Virus record (IMG/VR): IMGVR_UViG_3300037961_002813
Span: 42,559 to 106,558 of that record
Direction: 5' to 3' (one strand)
DNA from: a virus
Length of the DNA: 64,000 nucleotides
In this document: in pieces, positions 57,759-64,000 of the stretch
Numbering within the stretch: the first letter of the stretch is position 1
Layout: each line of letters starts with the position of its first letter
Translations under genes and position numbers: made by a program
Notes under the pieces: generated by a model
The model's input: the letters and a program-made list of their open reading frames with translations, nothing else
Databases searched by the model: none
What the model was told of the DNA's origin: nothing

Positions 57759-58322
57759 ATGAGTAAAATTTTAATTAAAATGCCAATGAAACCACATAGA
57801 CAAAAAGTGCTTACACCGGATGGACAAGAAGTTCGTCTACAGCAGTTTGCTAATCGTATGGCCGCAGATGCGCTTAGAGGCGCAGGTGGAGATGCAAGTG
57901 GCGACCAATTCACTTCTGCTCGTGACAAACTCATGCGTGACATAGTAGCGAATCCCGAAGCACATAATATCAAGTTCATGGGCGAAAGAGTACCTTTTGA
58001 GGGGCAAACTCTTGGTGAATCACTTTCCATGCCCGATGTAGCAGGTGAGCAAGCCGCTATTGATAGTCAATTTGCAGGTAAAGAACCTATGGATGACCCC
58101 GATTTTAAAGAAAATATGACAGAAGATGAATCTTTTGAATTAGCAGAAAAGTTTATGCCCGGTGTTGTAGCAAATCACGGTAGTTCATTCAATACTCCAC
58201 CAAAAGAAGATGATGATGAAAAAAAGTTCAACCCCGACAAAGAGGCTGAACATCTGCGTCGTATTATGACTTCTCGTAATGTAATTATGCGTGATGCTTG
58301 GAGTGTATTGAAAAATCAGTGA
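57759..58322 (+). CDS. Hypothetical protein with MSKILIK N-terminus and MRDAWSVLK C-terminal tag
   Basis: Start revised to MSKILIK. Confidence 0.7.
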   Translation: MSKILIKMPMKPHRQKVLTPDGQEVRLQQFANRMAADALRGAGGDASGDQFTSARDKLMRDIVANPEAHNIKFMGERVPFEGQTLGESLSMPDVAGEQAAIDSQFAGKEPMDDPDFKENMTEDESFELAEKFMPGVVANHGSSFNTPPKEDDDEKKFNPDKEAEHLRRIMTSRNVIMRDAWSVLKNQ

Positions 58323-58336
58323 GGGGGGTCTAATGT

Positions 58337-59935
58337 ATGCCAAAAGTATTTTCACCGGGCGAGGTAGAAACACGACCTCTTGACCCTACTGCAACGGTGT
58401 ATACTACGGCTCAAAAAGTAGCAGACCTACTTGATATTGGACCAAGTGAAGCGGTGCTTGTAAGTGCCGATAGTGTGTCCGATGGTGTATTTATTACCGG
58501 TGGGGATTATAGAAATGATGGATTTAGTGTAGGAGATACTATACTTATTTATTCGGATGCTGACCCTTTAGGTGTAGAAAAAACAATTACTGCTATTTCA
58601 TCTTCGGCTAGTGGTGTAAAACTTGCATTTACCGGTGCTTTTACTCATGCTGATTATCAACTTGCTGATAATGCGTATGTACAAAATCAAGCATCATTTA
58701 CTAATGGTAGAAATAGAGGACTAACTAAAGACAAGGTAGATAGAGTAATTCTAAAGATGCAAGATAAAATAGACAATATAACCCACAATGCTTGGCGACC
58801 ATATCTTGTAGTAGCAGAATATATTAATTTTGATACTTACAAACCATATCGTAGAAGATATTATACAGACTATGTAGGAACTGCACCTTTACTCTTCCGT
58901 AATGTGCAACAAATATTACGCCTTGAATTATGGCAGGGTGACGATTATCGTGAGATTGGTGGGGCAGAAGCAAGGATACATTTACCGGAAAATGTAAGAG
59001 CATTACACAATAAAAATATAGTAGTATCTCCGGGTAATGGTACAAGTGGAAAACTACAAGCGATATTAACTGAAACTGTAAGCACTTGGGATGTAGGATT
59101 TGATAAAATTACATCTGCTCAAAGTCTTGCTAATTTAATTAATAAAGATGCAAGAACAGGTAAACAAGGTATTACTCTTGCACCATCTTATGTTTTACCG
59201 GGTGCTACAAGTATAAGCGATACTACTCAAGTTAGTAATGAGTTTTTAGCAAGTGCTAATGCTGATTATGGAACAGGCACAGTAAAAATTACAAGTATGA
59301 GGCCAACTAAAGCCGGAGAAACTTGTACTATTGTTACTGATTCAAGCGAAATAGAAATTAAACAAACCGAAAGACTTACTGCAAATGTTAGCGGAAGGAG
59401 TGGCTCTTTTGGGGGTAACAACGGTGTTATTGATGTGGATAGTACCGCCGGTTTTGCCGAAGCAGGAGTTGTTGAATATGGTGGATTTATTATCCGTTAC
59501 ACAAGTAAAACAGCAACATCTTTTACCGGTTGTACTACAGTTACACCGGGCGGCACTCCGCCTACTAGTGGTCTTTTAACTCAACATATTTTTAAAATAG
59601 ATTTACAGGGTGGTAGTAGTAGTGGTGACCAAGCAAGACTTCGAGATTGGTGGTTCGACTCGGAAATGGGTATAATTTACTTTAACAATTCTTATCCCTT
59701 CTTTGAATGGAATGCGATAAAAGTTGCATACATTTACGGTGAACGATATTTAGAAAAAGCGATAGAGGATGCATGTACCAAGATGGTAGCAATTGAGTTA
59801 CTTATGGCTGATGACCGTTCTGTGCTTATACCGGAAGGAACACAGAATATAGATGTAGCAAGTAAGGTTCAGTTATATCAAGCAGATGTAGACCGTACAC
59901 TACCTCGTTATGTAGAGATGGTGTTGTTTGAATGA
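58337..59935 (+). CDS. Putative head-tail adaptor with beta-rich insertions
   Basis: YTTAQKVADLL, KIDNITHNAWR, IKVAYIYG, IEDACTKMVA pattern of gp6/gp15-like adaptors. Confidence 0.65.
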   Translation: MPKVFSPGEVETRPLDPTATVYTTAQKVADLLDIGPSEAVLVSADSVSDGVFITGGDYRNDGFSVGDTILIYSDADPLGVEKTITAISSSASGVKLAFTGAFTHADYQLADNAYVQNQASFTNGRNRGLTKDKVDRVILKMQDKIDNITHNAWRPYLVVAEYINFDTYKPYRRRYYTDYVGTAPLLFRNVQQILRLELWQGDDYREIGGAEARIHLPENVRALHNKNIVVSPGNGTSGKLQAILTETVSTWDVGFDKITSAQSLANLINKDARTGKQGITLAPSYVLPGATSISDTTQVSNEFLASANADYGTGTVKITSMRPTKAGETCTIVTDSSEIEIKQTERLTANVSGRSGSFGGNNGVIDVDSTAGFAEAGVVEYGGFIIRYTSKTATSFTGCTTVTPGGTPPTSGLLTQHIFKIDLQGGSSSGDQARLRDWWFDSEMGIIYFNNSYPFFEWNAIKVAYIYGERYLEKAIEDACTKMVAIELLMADDRSVLIPEGTQNIDVASKVQLYQADVDRTLPRYVEMVLFE

Positions 59936-60294
59936 AGGGCGATAGGGATTTCAACAGTTTTGGTGAACATTCCCATCAGCGAGTCATTGAGGTGTTTAAA
60001 AAAGATAAAGCATTTCAAACAGAATATAAAGAATATTTTAGTAATAATCCACATACTTTAAGAATTAGATTTAAACAAATAGAAGCAGGGGCGTTGGGTT
60101 TGAGGTTAGAAGATGATGATTCTTATACTGACTTCAACAATAATACACCTGCTACGGAAAAACAACTTTCAACCTTAAAGAAACAAACTGATGAGGCTAT
60201 GCTTAAACAAAATCCCGAAATGAGTGAGCAAGGTTTTGAATACAAGAATGGGTTTATTGTTCCTAAATCAATAAAGGAACTGCAAAGGAAGTGA
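59932..60294 (+). CDS. Hypothetical neck-region protein
   Basis: ORF track; operonic. Confidence 0.55.
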   Translation: MKGDRDFNSFGEHSHQRVIEVFKKDKAFQTEYKEYFSNNPHTLRIRFKQIEAGALGLRLEDDDSYTDFNNNTPATEKQLSTLKKQTDEAMLKQNPEMSEQGFEYKNGFIVPKSIKELQRK

Positions 60295-60298
60295 TACT

Positions 60299-60748
60299 AT
60301 GGTAGCAACATGGACAGAAGGTTTAGATGTTGTGTTAAATTTATTCCAAACTGATTGGAATAGGGGTAATACAAGCGGTATTAGGCCGATTGTTATTGAC
60401 ATAGCCGAAGTACAACCGGAAAGAGGTAAGCGTCTTGACCTGTCTCGGCATGATTATGTTCTATGTTACGAAACAGCACACAACGAAGAAGCACCCGATT
60501 TACTCTATGATTTCGTTACAACACGCATAAATATAACCGTAGACATGCGAACAATTAAGGGGAGAAAGCATCTGCAAGCACTTGAGAACGAAGTTCGTAG
60601 AGTAATTCACAAAAGTCGTAAGGGAGATGGAACTAATTTTGACAGGCTCGTATTCAAAACAAGAACCGATTTAAGTGACAGAAGCAAGCAACTTTTCCGA
60701 ATGACATTCCAAATAGAAGTAGTAATATTAGCAGAACTAATACCGTGA
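60299..60748 (+). CDS. Putative tail terminator/completion protein
   Basis: Size, position before tail tube gene, INITVDMRT / FRMTFQIEV strands. Confidence 0.6.
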   Translation: MVATWTEGLDVVLNLFQTDWNRGNTSGIRPIVIDIAEVQPERGKRLDLSRHDYVLCYETAHNEEAPDLLYDFVTTRINITVDMRTIKGRKHLQALENEVRRVIHKSRKGDGTNFDRLVFKTRTDLSDRSKQLFRMTFQIEVVILAELIP

Positions 60749-60757
60749 GATGATAAA

Positions 60758-62671
60758 ATGCCAAGTACAGTATACAAAGGAGATATAGCAGAAGTTTCTT
60801 TTGCGCCCGAAACAGGTCTTGTAATTAGAGGTGTTACAGATGCTACAATGGCACTTAGCCATAGTGATGATATAACCACAATTACTTTTTCTTCCGAGCA
60901 AAATACTACTTTGTTTGAAGCCGCACCATCAAATAAATTACGATACCCAAAAAATATACTTGTTGGTTCACAAGTGATATGGGAAAAAGGAAGTTCAAAT
61001 GCGGTAGTTGATGCTGATTTACCAAATAGTGGTTCGGGTGGTAAAGTATTCACTATTGTAGAAAATAGCGGTACTACAATTAAAATCACCCCTAAAATGA
61101 CAACAGGTGCAGTAACTTTAGGTGCAGGAAATAATTTACATATTCTTCCTTACAAAACACCACCAATTGATGTGGCTTCTAGTGAAGCCGCTACCGGTGC
61201 AGGTAACGGTGGCACTGAAAGTTGTAAGATAGACCAATTTTTAGGCGTAGCATCAGCAATCACTCTTCCCGAAACTAAAGTAGATTTGAAGAGATACCAT
61301 GTTGTAGGACTTGGAAGAGATACTTCAATTCAAGTTCCGGGTAAAATGATTACCGAAGGTGGGTCTTTTGAAGTAAACATGCATACGGCAAGGTGGTTGA
61401 AATATTGTCTTGGAAATGAATTACTTGAAATTGCTAATAATGATACTATATCTTCCGGTGTACAATTAGATGGTGCTGTGGGTGTTGGTGCATCGGTTAT
61501 TAAATTAAATAAAAAAGCAGGTATGGCTGTAGGAGATTTTGTAGAAATAAGAGATGAGGCCGCTTCTGTTCCTATTGTAAGTGACCATGAACCCGACGGA
61601 GGCGATTGGACAGGTGCATTTGATAATGCAGTATTTGATAAAGCGATGCCACATGAAACTAGAAGAATTATTGGTATTAGTGAAAATGACAATACTATAT
61701 ACTTAGATGAACCGTTAAAATATCCTCATGCTGATACCACTGCTGTAAAGGTTAGAAGATATAATAATAGTAATTCTATAAACATAAGCAGTAATACAAT
61801 TACTAATCCCGCTACACATTTATTATTTTCACGCTCTACACTACCTTCATTTTGTTTAGAAGTATCTCAAAGAAGAAGAGATTTAGATTCCGATGTATCT
61901 ACTACAGACGGTTTGGTAGGAGATACTAAAGAATTGACTCGTGTATATCGAGGTTGTAAGGTAACAGACTTTTCAATGACTACAGATAACGATGCCGCAT
62001 TAAGATTATCAGTTAATTTTAATTCAGCACTTTGTTATACAGATACAGGTCGTTTAGAATCCACACCTCTTACAAGATACGGCGCACATCGTATGTTTGA
62101 TGATACTGCTAATACTGATGCAACAAGACTTGAATCGGGTATTGGTGTAGGAACTCAAAAACCATTTATGTTTTACAATGGTAGTATACAACTTGGTGGC
62201 ATACAAGTCGCTCAAGTCTTTTCATTTACACTCAATGGAACTACCGGTATGGTTGGTCATCATACTATAGCAGGTTCATCTCAAGCGGCGGATAGTAATG
62301 CAACAGACCAAGTACCATTTGCAGGTTCAAGAAATGTAAGTCTAATGGTAGAGGGTCAAACAACTTATGACATGACTATAGAAATCGCTGTAGATGACCC
62401 TGTATTTTTCCATAAGATGAGAACAGGTACAGAATTTAGCACTAATGCAGACGGTACAGGTGCAAATAGAGTTCTTATAGAATTTGAAAAGAACCTTATC
62501 GGTAGCACTATGGCAGGTGCAAGTGAAAAGATGCTATTAATAGTTGATGACTTTTATATTGTAGAAGCACCTATACAGATACCGGAAGATAAAGGTATAG
62601 TAAAATCTACTTTAAGGATAATGCCTAAAGCGATAAAAGTTATTGCTCGTGATACACTACACAAATATTGA
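60758..62671 (+). CDS. Major tail (tube) protein with insertion domains
   Basis: EVSFAPET, GGSFEVN, LPSFCLE, RVYRGCKVTDFSMT, PFMFYNG pattern of tail tube proteins. Confidence 0.7.
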   Translation: MPSTVYKGDIAEVSFAPETGLVIRGVTDATMALSHSDDITTITFSSEQNTTLFEAAPSNKLRYPKNILVGSQVIWEKGSSNAVVDADLPNSGSGGKVFTIVENSGTTIKITPKMTTGAVTLGAGNNLHILPYKTPPIDVASSEAATGAGNGGTESCKIDQFLGVASAITLPETKVDLKRYHVVGLGRDTSIQVPGKMITEGGSFEVNMHTARWLKYCLGNELLEIANNDTISSGVQLDGAVGVGASVIKLNKKAGMAVGDFVEIRDEAASVPIVSDHEPDGGDWTGAFDNAVFDKAMPHETRRIIGISENDNTIYLDEPLKYPHADTTAVKVRRYNNSNSINISSNTITNPATHLLFSRSTLPSFCLEVSQRRRDLDSDVSTTDGLVGDTKELTRVYRGCKVTDFSMTTDNDAALRLSVNFNSALCYTDTGRLESTPLTRYGAHRMFDDTANTDATRLESGIGVGTQKPFMFYNGSIQLGGIQVAQVFSFTLNGTTGMVGHHTIAGSSQAADSNATDQVPFAGSRNVSLMVEGQTTYDMTIEIAVDDPVFFHKMRTGTEFSTNADGTGANRVLIEFEKNLIGSTMAGASEKMLLIVDDFYIVEAPIQIPEDKGIVKSTLRIMPKAIKVIARDTLHKY

Positions 62672-62680
62672 GGTGAAAAA

Positions 62681-63214
62681 ATGAAGAAATCACTTATCAA
62701 ATATAGAAGAATGGGCGCACTAAACTACGCTCGATGGGTGTGCGAAACCAATGGTGTAGAGTTACAATTAGTTCTTGATGCAATTCAAAATAAAGAATTA
62801 ATTATTGGTTTATTAAACAGGGGTGAAATAGAATCTTTAGTTCAAGATATTTTAGACAACCCTCCTATAGAAACTACCGAAGAAGAAATCAATCCTCTTG
62901 TACAAGAAGAGGCAATAAACCCATTCCCTGCTGATGTTCAGCAATACGATTCCCTAAAAGTTACTGAATTAAAGGAACTTTGCAAGGAGAGAAATCTCCC
63001 TGTATATGGAACTAAAGCAGAACTTGTTTTGCGTCTAAGGCAGAACGATGAAGGGATAACAACCGAAACAGGTGAAACTGACGGCCTCGCAGAAGCGACC
63101 CCGGATGTAGAGCCGGAAGCCCCTACCGAAGAGGTAGCCGCATCCAATGGAAGTGACATAAATGACCAAACCACAGATAGTGAAGAACAAGAGCCTATTA
63201 TTGAAGAAGAATGA
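62681..63214 (+). CDS. SAP-domain protein
   Basis: YDSLKVTELKELCKERNLPVYGTKAELVLRL. Confidence 0.85.
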   Translation: MKKSLIKYRRMGALNYARWVCETNGVELQLVLDAIQNKELIIGLLNRGEIESLVQDILDNPPIETTEEEINPLVQEEAINPFPADVQQYDSLKVTELKELCKERNLPVYGTKAELVLRLRQNDEGITTETGETDGLAEATPDVEPEAPTEEVAASNGSDINDQTTDSEEQEPIIEEE

Positions 63215-63536
63215 TGTAACTAGACATGAAATTAGGGTAGACCCTAATGATGAAAGTCTAATTATGGAAGTATATGTAAGAGATGTATCTTTCTTAGATA
63301 TACAAGAAGCCGCCCAAGAAATGTTTGTAATTAACAAGGGCGATGTTACAATGAACTTGAAAGGATATTGGAAGTTTGCATTTTCTAATTGGATAACTGA
63401 AACCAACCCGGCTTTGACATCCGGTGAATTAATTTCTCTTAGTGGGTATGTTGGTGACCAAATTACTAAGGTCTTACCACAACCTAACGATATTGCGGAG
63501 GCTTTGCAGGGGGGGTTTACAACGCCGAAAAGGTGA
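63162..63536 (+). CDS. Tail assembly chaperone (gpG-like)
   Basis: Position between tail tube and tape measure; G7 slippery run near 3' end. Confidence 0.65.
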   Translation: MTKPQIVKNKSLLLKKNDVTRHEIRVDPNDESLIMEVYVRDVSFLDIQEAAQEMFVINKGDVTMNLKGYWKFAFSNWITETNPALTSGELISLSGYVGDQITKVLPQPNDIAEALQGGFTTPKR

Positions 63537-63808
63537 AGGTGAACAAATTTCTCAACAAAAAACAGTATACAGAAGTTGAGGATTTAACCCTTCAAGCGGA
63601 GTTATATGCATATATTGTAGCATCACACTACGGTATATCACTCCATGATGTTTACAACATGCCCTTACCGATATTTCAACAATCACTGACATGGGCTTTA
63701 GCAGTAAGAGAACATAGAGATAAAAATAGAGAAGTACAAAAACAAAAAGCAAAAGCAGGGGATAGAGAAGTGGTATCGTTAGATTATTCATTTTTAGATT
63801 GGGAGTGA
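63509..63808 (+). CDS. Tail assembly chaperone frameshift extension (gpT-like)
   Basis: -1 frame is open from GGGGGGG (63509-63515) to TGA 63808. Confidence 0.6.
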   Translation, partial: GGVYNAEKVKVNKFLNKKQYTEVEDLTLQAELYAYIVASHYGISLHDVYNMPLPIFQQSLTWALAVREHRDKNREVQKQKAKAGDREVVSLDYSFLDWE

Positions 63809-63812
63809 TTAG

Positions 63813-64000
63813 ATGGCAGTAGCGGGCGGTGGTGCATTAATAGCATTAATGACTAATGTAGCGAGTCTTGTTGGTAAAATTGGCCCGGAATTTCAAAATA
63901 TAGGTCAAATAGCGAGTAAAGTATGGGAAGGAATAAAATCAGTTGTAAATAAATATCTAATTGAACCACTAAAAGATTTCTTTGATTGGCTTGGTGGTGT
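63813..64000 (+). CDS. Tape measure protein, N-terminal fragment
   Basis: MAVAGGGALIALMTNVASLVGKIG...SKVWEGIKSVVNKYLIEPLKDFFDWLGG; position after chaperones. Confidence 0.6.
   Translation, partial: MAVAGGGALIALMTNVASLVGKIGPEFQNIGQIASKVWEGIKSVVNKYLIEPLKDFFDWLGG

Overview
This 64-kb window is part of a tailed (Caudoviricetes) virus genome. Archaeal-type promoters, GAGGTG/GGAGG ribosome-binding sites and the head module point to an archaeal virus, most plausibly a Marine Group II (Poseidoniales) Magrovirus-like virus; that assignment is inferred, not database-checked. Left arm (1-20.2 kb, minus strand): putative early and accessory genes driven by eight copies of a ~35-bp TATA-containing promoter. 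It includes a DenV-like glycosylase, DUF932, two CX5R phosphatases, a HipA/PI4K-like kinase, a SNF2/HARP helicase, a PEP-synthase-like protein and a tandem array of modular 'MIDTDKYE...EVKRLRE' paralogs built from nucleotide-identical repeats. Centre (18.7-20.8 kb): a repeat-rich control region at the strand switch. Right arm (plus strand): candidate internal head proteins, HMG-CoA lyase, an Arf-like small GTPase among membrane-protein genes, terminase, a LAGLIDADG protein, portal, a 1859-aa protein with a degenerate DNA ligase domain, prohead protease/scaffold, major capsid protein, neck and tail genes, and the start of the tape measure gene. The most striking unexplained signal is a peptide tag, (S/G)EP(M)(D/E)xA(W/M/F)xx(L)LK, seen about 15 times in about 9 unrelated proteins. 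It sits at protein termini or between modules, suggesting a capsid cargo-addressing and protease-processing system. All family assignments come from motif recognition by eye.
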